A DNA stretch of 64,000 nucleotides from a virus (taxonomy: Duplodnaviria > Heunggongvirae > Uroviricota > Caudoviricetes). Positions 17,295 through 26,676 of this stretch are shown piece after piece; positions within the stretch are counted from its first letter, which is position 1; every line of letters starts with the position of its first letter. The DNA lies in the IMG/VR virus record IMGVR_UViG_2974625098_000001, positions 59,622 to 123,621 of that record; one strand, given 5' to 3'. The position numbers and the translations under genes were made by a program. The notes below the pieces were generated by a model, which was not told the DNA's origin, ran no database searches, and saw only the letters and a program-made list of their open reading frames with translations.

Positions 17295-17513
17295 ATGACT
17301 CAGTACATTAAGCCCAATAAGAGGGTGATGGACCTAGCGTATCTTCGAGATGGCGATGTGGTTCATACGGGTGAGGCATTGCTACTGGCTCTCTTGATAG
17401 CTGCGAAGGGTAAGACCAAGCGTGGCGCAGAAGAGGTTAAGCAGGTGGCTAAGATGCTCGATGACCCGAATATTGAAGAGAAGCCAAAGAGGAAGCCCCG
17501 CAGGAAGAAGTAA
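17295..17513 (+). CDS. hypothetical protein with lysine-rich tail
   Basis: track ORF; preceded by hairpin then TTCAAGCTATAAT. Confidence 0.5.
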   Translation: MTQYIKPNKRVMDLAYLRDGDVVHTGEALLLALLIAAKGKTKRGAEEVKQVAKMLDDPNIEEKPKRKPRRKK

Positions 17514-17527
17514 TCCTGGCGGGGCTT

Positions 17528-17548
17528 TCCCCGTTTTACAAGGAGAAT
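17528..17548 (+). terminator. rho-independent terminator
   Basis: CGGGG-CTTT-CCCCG then TTTT. Confidence 0.5.
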
Positions 17549-17554
17549 TTAATA

Positions 17555-18093
17555 TGGGTTGGTGTTCAGGGACCGAGTTCTTTGATGACGGTCTCAGCAC
17601 GTTTCTCAAGTACGTCCCCGAGGACAAGAAGTTCGAGGTGGTCAAGGAGTGGTACGACAGCTTTGCATATTCCGATTGGGATTGTCAGAGCGAGTCCATC
17701 TACTACCAGGACTACATTGTCCACTTCATGATGCAGGAAGATGGTGCGCAAGATGACGACACCATCCTGTATATTGGTCGAAGCAACTCCCGGTGTAGCT
17801 GTGGGGTTGATGCCTTTCCTGGCGAGAACGGCCATTACACAGCGGCGGGTTGGGATGACACCAAGGCCGCCTGTGGTTTTGAGTGGGACGCTGTCTCCTC
17901 CGATTACATCAACATGCCAGAGCTGTTCTTGAAGAACACGTTCGGCTATGATAATCTCATTGGGTTGCCGGTGGTGACCTACAGTGGCGAGTATCTAGGG
18001 ATGTATGGTGGCAAGACAAGAGAGAATGCGGCGATGCCCGAGGTGTCAGAGGAAAGTGATGACGCCATTTATGAAGCAGAAGATTTGTCCTGA
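17555..18093 (+). CDS. hypothetical protein
   Basis: RBS CAAGGAGAATTTAAT then ATG 17555; in frame of track ORF 17422. Confidence 0.55.
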
Positions 18094-18128
18094 CTGTAGG
18101 GCAGACGAGATTATCGCGGAGGTCAAGC

Positions 18129-18362
18129 ATGGCAGGACTGCCTAAGAAGTTGTACTACGTCCTCTTGAAGCCCGGAGGAAAGCCGCTGGGCTATCGTCAA
18201 AAAGGTGGTGGCACCTATACTGACAAGAAATATGCTGAGTCCCAGTACAAAAACCTCAAGGCGTACGGCTCGAACGTAGAGCTGCACGAGGGCGTGATAG
18301 ACTGGACGAAGATTGCATCCTCCGAGCAAGACGAGAACGAAGGGCAGCCAACACTGTGGTAA
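18129..18362 (+). CDS. hypothetical protein
   Basis: track ORF; RBS GGAGGTCAAGC. Confidence 0.5.
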   Translation: MAGLPKKLYYVLLKPGGKPLGYRQKGGGTYTDKKYAESQYKNLKAYGSNVELHEGVIDWTKIASSEQDENEGQPTLW

Positions 18363-18832
18363 CCTATGTCAAGGGCGATGCGACGAAGCCCCAGGGCGAT
18401 GGCAAGAAGATTATTGCTCACGTCTGCAACGATGAGGGCCTGTGGGGCTCGGGATTCGTCCTTGCGGTGAACAAGTTGTCTCCGTTGCCGAGGATGCTTT
18501 ATCTCCAGGAGCACAAGTTCTGGACCGAGGAGGCCGGGTTTACGTTTACTCCGTTGGGAGTCACCCAGCTCGTAACCGTTGCCGAAAACCTCATGGTCTG
18601 TAATATGGTGGCTCAGCACCGAACGATTCGGCACGTCGAGAAGCCGATTTGCTACAAGTCCCTTGAGGCCGCTCTTAATGAGCTGGCTGGACGGGCAAGG
18701 GATGAAGAGGCTACAGTTCATATGCCTCGCATCGGGGCGGGTTTGGCCCGAGGCAACTGGGAAGTTATTGAGTCGATTGTCAATCGTACTCTAACGTTGC
18801 AGGATGTTGACGTTACAGTCTACGACCTGTAA
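18356..18832 (+). CDS. macro domain protein (ADP-ribose binding or hydrolase)
   Basis: YVKGDATKP, IAHVCNDEGLWGSGFVLAV, HMPRIGAGLARGNW correspond to macro domain GDIT, NAAN and GGGV-type motifs. Confidence 0.6.
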   Translation: MVTYVKGDATKPQGDGKKIIAHVCNDEGLWGSGFVLAVNKLSPLPRMLYLQEHKFWTEEAGFTFTPLGVTQLVTVAENLMVCNMVAQHRTIRHVEKPICYKSLEAALNELAGRARDEEATVHMPRIGAGLARGNWEVIESIVNRTLTLQDVDVTVYDL

Positions 18833-18894
18833 ACTATAGGGGTTCCAGAAAATAACTGGAGCCCCTAAGCTCCAGAAGAAAAGAGGGAAGTAGA

Positions 18895-19089
18895 ATGGCA
18901 GAGTGGATTGCCGAGCAGTTGATGAAGTTTGCATTCGGAACTGCTGTTGCGGGCATCGCCTGGGTGCTCCTGGTTGGTGTCCTGGCCTGGACGGTTCCTT
19001 TCTGGGTTATCTGGCTCGTCTGTGAGCTGCTGGTATTTGGAATTATCTTCGGCCTTGAGCACAGCGATGGACACTGGGACTTCTTCTGA
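18895..19089 (+). CDS. small 2-TM membrane protein
   Basis: two hydrophobic stretches; RBS AGAGGGAAGTAGA. Confidence 0.5.
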   Translation: MAEWIAEQLMKFAFGTAVAGIAWVLLVGVLAWTVPFWVIWLVCELLVFGIIFGLEHSDGHWDFF

Positions 19090-19153
19090 GGTACCATGGG
19101 GCTAACGCCCCAAGCTGACACATTGGTTCCAACCAAAGGGAGAATAAAAACCA

Positions 19154-21076
19154 ATGCGACCGAACACGATTGTTGCTCAGCGCGAAGGTAACCTCGGCGG
19201 CAACGAGCACAAGATGATGTTCGATGAGAACAGCGTTGCGCATCTGATGTCTGTTCTTACGGACCTGTATTCCGACCCCGAGCTGGCTGTAATTCGAGAG
19301 TACAGCACAAACGCTCTCGACTCGCATATTGCGGCGGGTACTGTTCGACCGATTGAGGTCACTACGCCGAATGCGCTCTCTCCATTCTTCAAGGTCAAGG
19401 ATTACGGCCTTGGTATGGATGAGGAAGACATCAAGAATATCTACTCCAAGTACGGTGCTTCTACGAAGCGCGATTCCGACTCGGTTGTGGGTATGCTTGG
19501 CCTCGGCTGCAAGTCGGCACTGACGTACACTCAGCAGTTTACGCTTAACACCGTCAAGAATGGCGTTAAGTACATGGTGGCGGTTTCTCGCACCGAGGAC
19601 GGCTCTGGTGTTATGGAGGTTATCGACTCCTCTCCGACCGACGAGCTGAACAGTGTTGAGGTCGTTGTTCCCGTTAAGCGGGGTAACGAGTTCGAGCGCA
19701 AGTCTCGGGATTTCTTCCGGTTCTGGAAGCCTGGCACGGTCCTGCTTAATGGTGCACAGCCCCAGGGAATCGGTGGCAAGGAAATCGCTCCGGGTGTTTT
19801 TATGGTCCGTGACATTTCCTCTGACTACCTGGTGATGGGCAACGTGGCCTACCCGCTGGACATCGAGCACGCGCTGTCCGACAGTCAGTCGTACTACAAG
19901 CGCTGGGCAATTGTGGCCTACGTCGAAATTGGTTCGGTGAACTTCACGCCTTCGCGTGAGTCGCTGCATTACACCCGACGCACCGAGGCGACTATCCGTG
20001 AGTTCAAGAAGATTGTGGACGAGCGGATTACCAAGGTGGTCCAGGAGGACATTGACTCCAAGGATAGTGAGTGGGACGCTTTCCAGGCGTACTACGAGTG
20101 GAGTGAATTCTTCGGCGGTAATTACGGTGGCAGTCGCTACATGCCGCGCAACGTGGTCTACAAGGGCACCGAGCTGCCGACCGTCTTCCGGGCGGATGGT
20201 ATGCTTTACAACACGAGCGCTTCTCGGTACGCTGTAAGCGATGTCCACAAGATGGACGCTCGCAACGCAGCCAAGACGCCGGTTATCTACGATTACCCGA
20301 GCGAGAAGGTTGCACCTACTCACCGAGAGAAGATGCGAGCCTGGCGCAAGGATAATGCTTCCGACGCCTACCACATCTTTGTCTGTAAGGAGCTGCCGGA
20401 ATTCCCGGACTGGCTTCCCATTCAGACGGTAAAGTGGGAAGACGTTAAGTCCATCAAGATTGTTCGGGAGAAGACTGGCGCTACTCGGTCCAAGCCTCGT
20501 TTCGAGATTTTCTACGACGGCAAGGACCACTACCTGACCAAGGACGAAATCAAGAAGACTGAAATTGTTCTGGTGAAGCCGAAGAACTACATGAGCAATG
20601 CTTCGAAGAAGCAGCTTGAGGCACTTCGGCCGGGTATTGGTATCGTCACTCTGACCGAGAGTCGTTGGGACGCCTTTAAGAAGACGTTCCCGAATGCCAA
20701 GTCCCTTGAGGAAATTCTTCGAGAGCTGGTGGTGGAAGTCAAGGATGCACTGACGAAGGAGGACTTGCTTTTCCTGTCGGTGCGGTGGTACTCTCGTAAC
20801 GTTCTCATCCAGCTTGACCCCAAGCGGATTGACGACCCGACGCTTTCGAATATCGTGACGTTCGTCAAGAGCAGCACGGCATCCGATAATGTCAAGCGTT
20901 ACAACACCTGGCATTCGATTTACAACGACATCACGATTGGCACTATCCTGGACAGGAACGCCACCGTTGACACGGACGTGATGGATAATTACCCTCTGAT
21001 TCGGAACCTCCAGTCCGATTCTCTTGAGGATGCCTACTGTTACATCAATGCGAAGTATGCTACGATGAATAAGTAA
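19154..21076 (+). CDS. rIIA-like protein with N-terminal GHKL (HATPase_c) ATPase domain
   Basis: N box EYSTNALDS, G1 box DYGLGMD, G2 box GMLGLGCKS; 640 aa; a longer antisense ORF overlaps it but lacks motifs. Confidence 0.55.
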   Translation: MRPNTIVAQREGNLGGNEHKMMFDENSVAHLMSVLTDLYSDPELAVIREYSTNALDSHIAAGTVRPIEVTTPNALSPFFKVKDYGLGMDEEDIKNIYSKYGASTKRDSDSVVGMLGLGCKSALTYTQQFTLNTVKNGVKYMVAVSRTEDGSGVMEVIDSSPTDELNSVEVVVPVKRGNEFERKSRDFFRFWKPGTVLLNGAQPQGIGGKEIAPGVFMVRDISSDYLVMGNVAYPLDIEHALSDSQSYYKRWAIVAYVEIGSVNFTPSRESLHYTRRTEATIREFKKIVDERITKVVQEDIDSKDSEWDAFQAYYEWSEFFGGNYGGSRYMPRNVVYKGTELPTVFRADGMLYNTSASRYAVSDVHKMDARNAAKTPVIYDYPSEKVAPTHREKMRAWRKDNASDAYHIFVCKELPEFPDWLPIQTVKWEDVKSIKIVREKTGATRSKPRFEIFYDGKDHYLTKDEIKKTEIVLVKPKNYMSNASKKQLEALRPGIGIVTLTESRWDAFKKTFPNAKSLEEILRELVVEVKDALTKEDLLFLSVRWYSRNVLIQLDPKRIDDPTLSNIVTFVKSSTASDNVKRYNTWHSIYNDITIGTILDRNATVDTDVMDNYPLIRNLQSDSLEDAYCYINAKYATMNK

Positions 21077-21125
21077 GCGATTGGCCCTTCGGGGCCAAGC
21101 TTCCCAACAAGTTCCAATATTTGGA

Positions 21126-22214
21126 GTGGTTAAAATTAAGTACAATCTGGTTAAGTTCCAGGACTCCGACGAGGCGAACCTGACGGTTTTCGTCAACGGG
21201 GAAATGTACGTTGCCACCGACTCGCACCCGAATTTCAAGGCGATTCTCGTTAAGGTCGCTGAGGAGGACGAGAGTGTCGTGGACCTGTTCGATGTAAGCA
21301 AGACCGCTGAGAAGCGATTCGACCGGCTTTCCGAGCGGGTTACCGTTTCGAACGGCCGGATTTACTTCGACGGTGAAGAGGTGGATAACGCGCTGACCTC
21401 TCAGGTGCTCCGTTTTATCGACGGTGGCGTTGAGGACTTCAACCCTCTGGTTAAGTTCTTCGAGAAGGTCATGACCAACCCCAACGAGCACAGCAGGGAA
21501 CAGCTTTACCGCTGGCTGGCTCGTTACGACTTCACCATTACCGATGAGGGTGACTTCATCGCGTACAAGGGTGTTGCTACTGACGCTGAGGGTAACTACG
21601 TCAGTGTTAATCACGGTCGAGCGATTTCGAATGGCGTCGAGTACAATGGTGCTATTCCTAACCCGCTCGGTGCAGTTGTTGAGATGCCTCGTGGCGATGT
21701 TCAGCACGACCCTTCGGTTGGCTGTCACGTCGGTCTGCACGCCGGTACTTACGAGTACGCTAGGCAGTGGGCTAAGGGTGGTCTTCTCACCGTTGTGATT
21801 AATCCTCGCGACGTTGTTTCTGTTCCGACTGACTGTCAGGACCAGAAGTTGCGGGTTTGCCGTTACACGGTTCAGGAGGTCACCGAGGTCAAGTATTCCG
21901 CGCCGGTTATCAGCTTCGATGAAGAGGATGACGAGGACGAGGATGCTTGCTACAATTGTGGTTACGTCGAGTGTGAGTGCTGCGGCGAGTGCGGTTCTGC
22001 GTACTGCTACGACGAAGAGTGCATGGACTGTCCTGACTGTGGCGAGCGTGACTGTGAATGCTGCGAGGCTTGTGAGGCTTTCCCTTGCGAGTGCCCGGAG
22101 CCGCAGACTCCTGCTGCTGACCTTGACGCTTTCGTGAAGGGCATTAACACGGTGGAGGGCTTTAAGCGCGGTTACCTCGGTAACGACTGGCCTGACGCTC
22201 CTTGGAATAAGTAA
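21126..22214 (+). CDS. protein with extreme Cys-rich C-terminal tail; possible rIIB-like partner
   Basis: track ORF 21081-22214; true start likely GTG near 21126 after the hairpin-AAGCTT element; tail CYNCGYVECECCGECGSAYCYDEECMDCPDCGERDCECCEACEAFPCECPEP. Confidence 0.4.
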   Translation: MVKIKYNLVKFQDSDEANLTVFVNGEMYVATDSHPNFKAILVKVAEEDESVVDLFDVSKTAEKRFDRLSERVTVSNGRIYFDGEEVDNALTSQVLRFIDGGVEDFNPLVKFFEKVMTNPNEHSREQLYRWLARYDFTITDEGDFIAYKGVATDAEGNYVSVNHGRAISNGVEYNGAIPNPLGAVVEMPRGDVQHDPSVGCHVGLHAGTYEYARQWAKGGLLTVVINPRDVVSVPTDCQDQKLRVCRYTVQEVTEVKYSAPVISFDEEDDEDEDACYNCGYVECECCGECGSAYCYDEECMDCPDCGERDCECCEACEAFPCECPEPQTPAADLDAFVKGINTVEGFKRGYLGNDWPDAPWNK

Positions 22215-22275
22215 TTCCCATGGCCCCCTGGAAAACAGGGGGCCAAGCTTTTTATCCGCCCCGGAAAGGAAAACA

Positions 22276-23037
22276 ATGAAGATTATGGTTCTGGGCGACA
22301 CCCATGGTGAGGGCAAGTTCCTCCGCAACATGGTCAATAAGGCCAAGCGTGAGGGAGCCGAGAAGATTGTCCAGGTTGGGGATTTCGGTCTGTGGGACCA
22401 TGAAGAGGATGGCGTTCGATTTCTTGACTGGGTGAACGAGGCCCTGCGAGAGACTGGGATTAAGCTGTACTTTGTGGGAGGCAACCACGAGAATTGGGAC
22501 AGGCTCGACTGGTACGAGAAGAATAACCCAAAGACTTATCGTGGTCTGACCTTTATTCGCAGCCACATCCTTTACACAGGCCGCGTGAAGCGCTGGCAGT
22601 GGGACGACAAGTGGTTCCAGGCGGTTGGTGGAGCTGTCTCCATCGACAAGCAGTGGCGTACTCAGGGCAAGAGCTTCTGGGCACAGGAGCAAATTCCTGA
22701 GCGTGTCGTTTATGGTCTGGAGCAGGCTGGCCGCAGGTCGGATTATCTATTTACTCACGACGCGCCTAGCTGCGTTCCGATGGGGAATCTCAAGCCAGAT
22801 GCCGACTCCGCTGCCCACCGTCAGCTCATGGACCGAATCGGGCGGGTTGTTCGCCCGAATCTCTGGTTCCACGGTCATTACCACAAGTGGATGGAATACA
22901 GCTTTATGCACCAGGATGGTTACTCCTTTGTGTATGGGCTTGACCGGGATTACCAGTTCTACAACTACGTTATTCTCGACACCGAGACTGACAACGTGAA
23001 GACGGCAACTGGTAAGATTATTGAGCACGGAAACTGA
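22276..23037 (+). CDS. calcineurin-like metallophosphoesterase
   Basis: GDTHG, GDFG, GNHE, HGHYH motifs in canonical order. Confidence 0.7.
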   Translation: MKIMVLGDTHGEGKFLRNMVNKAKREGAEKIVQVGDFGLWDHEEDGVRFLDWVNEALRETGIKLYFVGGNHENWDRLDWYEKNNPKTYRGLTFIRSHILYTGRVKRWQWDDKWFQAVGGAVSIDKQWRTQGKSFWAQEQIPERVVYGLEQAGRRSDYLFTHDAPSCVPMGNLKPDADSAAHRQLMDRIGRVVRPNLWFHGHYHKWMEYSFMHQDGYSFVYGLDRDYQFYNYVILDTETDNVKTATGKIIEHGN

Positions 23038-23042
23038 GCGTT

Positions 23043-23072
23043 TTGCCTTAGAATTTAATCCCGTGCTATAAT
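23043..23072 (+). promoter_or_regulatory. promoter TTGCCT-N18-TATAAT
   Basis: consensus -10; good -35. Confidence 0.5.
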
Positions 23073-23082
23073 TTAATATACC

Positions 23083-23103
23083 GTTGACTACCTAGGAGTC
23101 AAC
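23083..23103 (+). promoter_or_regulatory. palindromic operator-like site GTTGACT-ACCTAGG-AGTCAAC just downstream of the -10
   Basis: 7-bp perfect inverted arms around a CCTAGG core, overlapping the predicted transcription start. Confidence 0.4.
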
Positions 23104-23125
23104 AATTCAAGGAGGTGCAAAACAC

Positions 23126-23572
23126 ATGGCAGAAGAGAAGAAGGACGAGTTCAAGGTTCTTTCCGCCGACGAGCGTCGTGAGGCTGTAAAGCGTTCCGAC
23201 GAAGAGGCTGCAAAGGCCGAGTACAAGCCACGCACAGCGCACAACGTTGTTGCCGAGGTTGGTCCTGTTGACGTTGAGGACGCTAACGAGCGTGCCAAGA
23301 AGGCTGGAGTTACCGACTCAGCTTTCGTTGACTACGAGGAGGCTCTTAAGAACTACGAGGGCCGTTCCGACATCGAGCCTCTAAAGGAGCGTCGTGCCCG
23401 TGAGGGTGGTCGTGACTTTAGCGATGCGGCTTTCCGTCGTCAGATTGGCGGTACGGATAATCCTGGCGTCGTATCAACTGACACGGCTGTAAAGACCGAC
23501 GAGGACAAGAAGGCTGTTGCTGAGGATAAGACCGAGGCAAAGCCAGCGACTCGCAGGGCTGCACAGAAGTAA
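23126..23572 (+). CDS. hypothetical highly charged protein
   Basis: track ORF; RBS CAAGGAGGTG. Confidence 0.55.
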   Translation: MAEEKKDEFKVLSADERREAVKRSDEEAAKAEYKPRTAHNVVAEVGPVDVEDANERAKKAGVTDSAFVDYEEALKNYEGRSDIEPLKERRAREGGRDFSDAAFRRQIGGTDNPGVVSTDTAVKTDEDKKAVAEDKTEAKPATRRAAQK

Positions 23573-23591
23573 GCAACCCTCTTAAGCAGTA

Positions 23592-23634
23592 GGGCCGAAG
23601 ATTTCGAAAGATTTCTTCGGCCCTAAGCTTTTTG
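23592..23634 (+). terminator. terminator hairpin followed by TAAGCTTTTT
   Basis: GGGCCGAAGA...TCTTCGGCCC then AAGCTTTTTGG. Confidence 0.6.
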
Positions 23635-23710
23635 GTGTTGACATTCGCTTATGCAAAATGTTAACATAGTTGTACAAAGCACGATTAAGCAACTAGAAGG
23701 GTTTATTTTT

Positions 23711-23950
23711 ATGTCTCGACTCACTCTCGACTTCAAGGCCGCTCACAAGTTTGTGAATGACCAGCGTCGAATGGGCTCTGACATCCGTTGGGATGGCTAC
23801 GATATCGTTATCTGGAAGCCGACCCACTACGGTTTCACGAACAAGCGTGGGGCTTTCCGCAACGGTCGTTGGGGAATGGAAACCCGCGTGGTCGTCGGTA
23901 ACGACGGTACATGGAAGGTCCCATTCAAGAGTGTCAAGTCTTCTCGATGA
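23711..23950 (+). CDS. hypothetical protein
   Basis: protein-like part of track ORF 23651; ATG 23711. Confidence 0.45.
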   Translation: MSRLTLDFKAAHKFVNDQRRMGSDIRWDGYDIVIWKPTHYGFTNKRGAFRNGRWGMETRVVVGNDGTWKVPFKSVKSSR

Positions 23951-24239
23951 ACTAGGAATTGACCCGGAGAATTTCGAATGGCAAGACCTGGCTCTGTGCG
24001 CTAACATGCCAACCGAGCTGTTCTATGACAAATATGAGTCAGACAGCGAGACAGCAAAGGCCACCGACCAGGCTTGCCTTCGGTGCCCGGTCATGAGACA
24101 ATGTTTTTTCGCCGGGTCCGATGGTGAATATGGAACCTGGGGTGGGGTATACTGGAACGGTGCTGGCAAGCCAGACAAGAACCGTAACTCCCACAAGACC
24201 GAAGAGGTCTGGGTAGAAATTCGTCAGAGGGTGCTATGA
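23931..24239 (+). CDS. WhiB-like (Wbl) Fe-S transcription factor
   Basis: four Cys in C-X29-C-X2-C-X5-C spacing and GTWGGVYW (G[VI]WGG) motif; N-terminal 58 codons of track ORF 23757 are an alternate frame of the previous gene, so start placed at in-frame GTG 23931. Confidence 0.55.
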   Translation: MSSLLDELGIDPENFEWQDLALCANMPTELFYDKYESDSETAKATDQACLRCPVMRQCFFAGSDGEYGTWGGVYWNGAGKPDKNRNSHKTEEVWVEIRQRVL

Positions 24240-24487
24240 GTAAGTACACTCCGACAGTCCAGAAAATCTTCAAGTCGATGAAGTGCCCAGTACAGGGCTT
24301 CATCGTGGATATCGTAGAATATCCAGACTACCTTGCACTGCGTGTTTACAAGGACAACATCGAGTCTTTCAGCGAGCCGAAGAAACTGGCGGCTGCTGAA
24401 TATCTCTATAAACTTAGAGATGCAATTAGGTCCGAAGTCAACTGCCATATTCAGGGAGTCACCGATGCACCGCCTGGAAGACGATAG
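24236..24487 (+). CDS. hypothetical protein
   Basis: track ORF; ATGA overlap. Confidence 0.5.
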   Translation: MSKYTPTVQKIFKSMKCPVQGFIVDIVEYPDYLALRVYKDNIESFSEPKKLAAAEYLYKLRDAIRSEVNCHIQGVTDAPPGRR

Positions 24488-24665
24488 GGAAATCTACCAG
24501 CTCATCTACATCATCGATGATGGTGTGTATGGCGTACTGCTTAGCGAGGGAGCTTTTGCCTCGAAGGTGCGGTACACGGCCGGTGGAATTGAATACGATG
24601 GTGTTTACGTCGGGAACGATGAATTCCTTACGCTGGACACTCTGACGGAATACGAGGAAGTTTGA
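24465..24665 (+). CDS. hypothetical protein
   Basis: C-terminal protein-like part of track ORF 24333; ATG 24465. Confidence 0.4.
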   Translation: MHRLEDDREIYQLIYIIDDGVYGVLLSEGAFASKVRYTAGGIEYDGVYVGNDEFLTLDTLTEYEEV

Positions 24666-24904
24666 TGGTTTGTAGTTCCTGCGGCAAGCAGCGAAATGAA
24701 CTCAGCGCTCGCAAGTCCAAGTTGATGGCGAATGTGCCTCTATTTCTCTGCACCGATTGCATTAAGGGAAAGATGGAGCCACGCTACCTCATCATCCTGG
24801 TCGGACGGGCTCAAGGACCTGAGAAGGTCGCGGAGTATATCCGCAATAATCGGTATCACAATGCCGAGAGCAAGCCGATTCTGGCAAGCGAACTGATTGC
24901 CTGA
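24662..24904 (+). CDS. zinc-ribbon protein
   Basis: CSSCGK...CTDC; track ORF. Confidence 0.5.
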   Translation: MMVCSSCGKQRNELSARKSKLMANVPLFLCTDCIKGKMEPRYLIILVGRAQGPEKVAEYIRNNRYHNAESKPILASELIA

Positions 24905-24913
24905 ATTACCATA

Positions 24914-24946
24914 GGGAGGTCTTCGGACCTCCCTAAAGCTTTTTGC
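24914..24946 (+). terminator. terminator with UUCG tetraloop then AAAGCTTTTT
   Basis: GGGAGGTC-TTCG-GACCTCCC then TAAAGCTTTTTGC. Confidence 0.6.
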
Positions 24947-25008
24947 ATCTTCACAATTGGTGACTGTGGCAGATGGACTTTTAAGTGACTGCAAGTTATA
25001 CTTAAGGC

Positions 25009-25434
25009 ATGTTCAGAGTTGGATTTGTAAGAAGGACTGCTATTCGTCCGATGGATGTAGTTGAAGGTATCCTTACCACGACTATGTTCCTGCACGGTGT
25101 ATGGCTCGTGTCGCCCTTCTTCAAGCCAAGCTCCTCAGCAAGTGCCCTAATCTTGCAGGGCGAATCTGGTCTCCCCCAGATAATTGGTCTTACTCAGGTC
25201 GCGGTAGCGGGAGTCCATCTTTACAGCCTTCTTCGAAAGCCCGTGAAGCAGGAGGTGATTCGTCGGGGGGCCATGTTCTTCATGTTTACCCTCTATCTGT
25301 TCTACGGAACGTCGTCTCTAATCCTGTTTGGTCTAGGGAAGGTAAACTGGGTAACCACATTCGCGCTGGCTTTCATTGCAGCGGTGGTTTACCTAAGACT
25401 AAAGTGGGAGGTGAGCCACGATGCCAGAAATTAA
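25009..25434 (+). CDS. membrane protein (multi-TM)
   Basis: track ORF; 3-4 hydrophobic helices. Confidence 0.5.
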   Translation: MFRVGFVRRTAIRPMDVVEGILTTTMFLHGVWLVSPFFKPSSSASALILQGESGLPQIIGLTQVAVAGVHLYSLLRKPVKQEVIRRGAMFFMFTLYLFYGTSSLILFGLGKVNWVTTFALAFIAAVVYLRLKWEVSHDARN

Positions 25435-25732
25435 CCAGGCGTGGCTCGCTTTGTTCGCAGCGCTTCTTGGAGGTTCTGGTCTTAAAGTCATCGAGTATTG
25501 GCTGAATAGGTCCAAGACCCAGGATGACTCGGCGGCGGCTATGCGCACAGAGTTGCGGGAAGAAGTTCGGAGCCTGCGCGAAGAATTGCGAACCGTAGAG
25601 GAGCAGCTTGACCTGTGGCGGGGCAAGTATTACGAACTCATGGATGAGTTTATGAAGGCCAAGGGAGACCTTGCCGAAGCTGTTCGCCAGCAGCAGCGGA
25701 TTCTAGAACGTCCGCCTAACACTGGTGACTAA
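25421..25732 (+). CDS. membrane-anchored coiled-coil protein
   Basis: N-terminal TM then charged heptad-like region. Confidence 0.5.
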   Translation: MPEINQAWLALFAALLGGSGLKVIEYWLNRSKTQDDSAAAMRTELREEVRSLREELRTVEEQLDLWRGKYYELMDEFMKAKGDLAEAVRQQQRILERPPNTGD

Positions 25733-25746
25733 TAAAAAAGAATATA

Positions 25747-26043
25747 ATGGGGGTGCCACTTTTGGCATTTTATGAAATTGCAAATTTCTGGTACGATGAG
25801 GAAACCGGCAACGTGTTCCTCAACATCAGCAAGAGCGTCGATGTCTCCTACCCAGTTGACCCTGAGTACGGAGAAGCCTCGGATTACTACGAGGCTCAGA
25901 TTTATCTTGATGGTGGTCTTTCCCTAATCGGAAAGAAGCGTCCAAGGAGCCTTGACGGTACTGTCTCTGGCGGTACCTACGGAAAGATTTCCAGCTCTCC
26001 GGATGCATCTGATTTTCTGCCTCTAGCAGACGCTCCCGAGTGA
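25747..26043 (+). CDS. hypothetical acidic protein
   Basis: track ORF. Confidence 0.5.
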   Translation: MGVPLLAFYEIANFWYDEETGNVFLNISKSVDVSYPVDPEYGEASDYYEAQIYLDGGLSLIGKKRPRSLDGTVSGGTYGKISSSPDASDFLPLADAPE

Positions 26044-26119
26044 TGTTGACAGGCCCAACCCGGTCTGCTACCATATAATCAGAAAGGGAAAGCCAATCGC
26101 CCTAAAGGGTTGGCGACTT

Positions 26120-26193
26120 GCCCCAGTGGTCTAGCGGTCTAGGATACTTGACTCTCAATCAAGAGGTCGCCGGTTCGAATCCGGTCTGGGGTA
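26120..26193 (+). tRNA. tRNA-Glu(CTC)
   Basis: acceptor GCCCCAG/CTGGGGT; anticodon arm CTTGA-CTCTCAA-TCAAG; T arm GCCGG-TTCGAAT-CCGGT. Confidence 0.65.
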
Positions 26194-26306
26194 CAAACGG
26201 AAATAGTAGGTCGGCGGGTGGCCACCCAACAAAGAGATTGCCGAGCTGCTATTATCGTCAGGGTAAGTAGGGATAAAACGCGAGACACCCTCGGAGACCC
26301 GCCCAT

Positions 26307-26379
26307 GCCCCGGTGTACGATGGAATGCAGTTAGGGTTTTCACCCCTAATTTTCGCGGGTTCGATTCCCGTCCGGGGTA
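26307..26379 (+). tRNA. tRNA-Glu(TTC), D arm atypical
   Basis: acceptor GCCCCGG/CCGGGGT; anticodon arm TAGGG-TTTTCAC-CCCTA; T arm GCGGG-TTCGATT-CCCGT. Confidence 0.5.
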
Positions 26380-26383
26380 CGCA

Positions 26384-26611
26384 ATGGCAGCACGACAGGT
26401 AACACAGAAGTCAGCTCTAATTGAAGCCCGCTGGGTCATCAAGATTCTTCTTGGTATGTTCGGCGGGATTATTGTTGCGTTCTTGCTCATAGGTTGGATA
26501 TCAGAAAGCAATGACACAGAGAAGATGAAAGCCTGTGTAAGCAAAAGTGACAGGGAATGGGTCAAGAACGATTGCGTCTTCCCGCCCCAACCAATTCCAT
26601 CAAGCTCTTGA
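26384..26611 (+). CDS. small membrane protein
   Basis: track ORF; one TM; start uncertain. Confidence 0.4.
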   Translation: MAARQVTQKSALIEARWVIKILLGMFGGIIVAFLLIGWISESNDTEKMKACVSKSDREWVKNDCVFPPQPIPSSS

Positions 26612-26629
26612 ACAGTCGCTCCGGGTAAT

Positions 26630-26654
26630 GCCGCACCGGCTGTTTCTTTTTTAT
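26630..26654 (+). terminator. terminator
   Basis: GCCG-CAC-CGGC then TGTTTCTTTTTTAT. Confidence 0.5.
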
Positions 26655-26676
26655 CCCCTAGAATAAGGAAAAAGAG

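Noticed and set aside
19043-21301. 752-aa minus-strand ORF, longer than the overlapping plus-strand gene
   Set aside because: It is antisense to the GHKL ATPase gene, whose motifs are unambiguous. The translation is Arg/Val/Leu-rich with no motifs. Such long antisense ORFs are expected in GC-biased coding DNA.
21060-22484. 474-aa minus-strand ORF
   Set aside because: It is antisense to the Cys-rich-tail protein and the phosphoesterase start. It has no RBS or motifs, and every neighbouring gene is on the plus strand.
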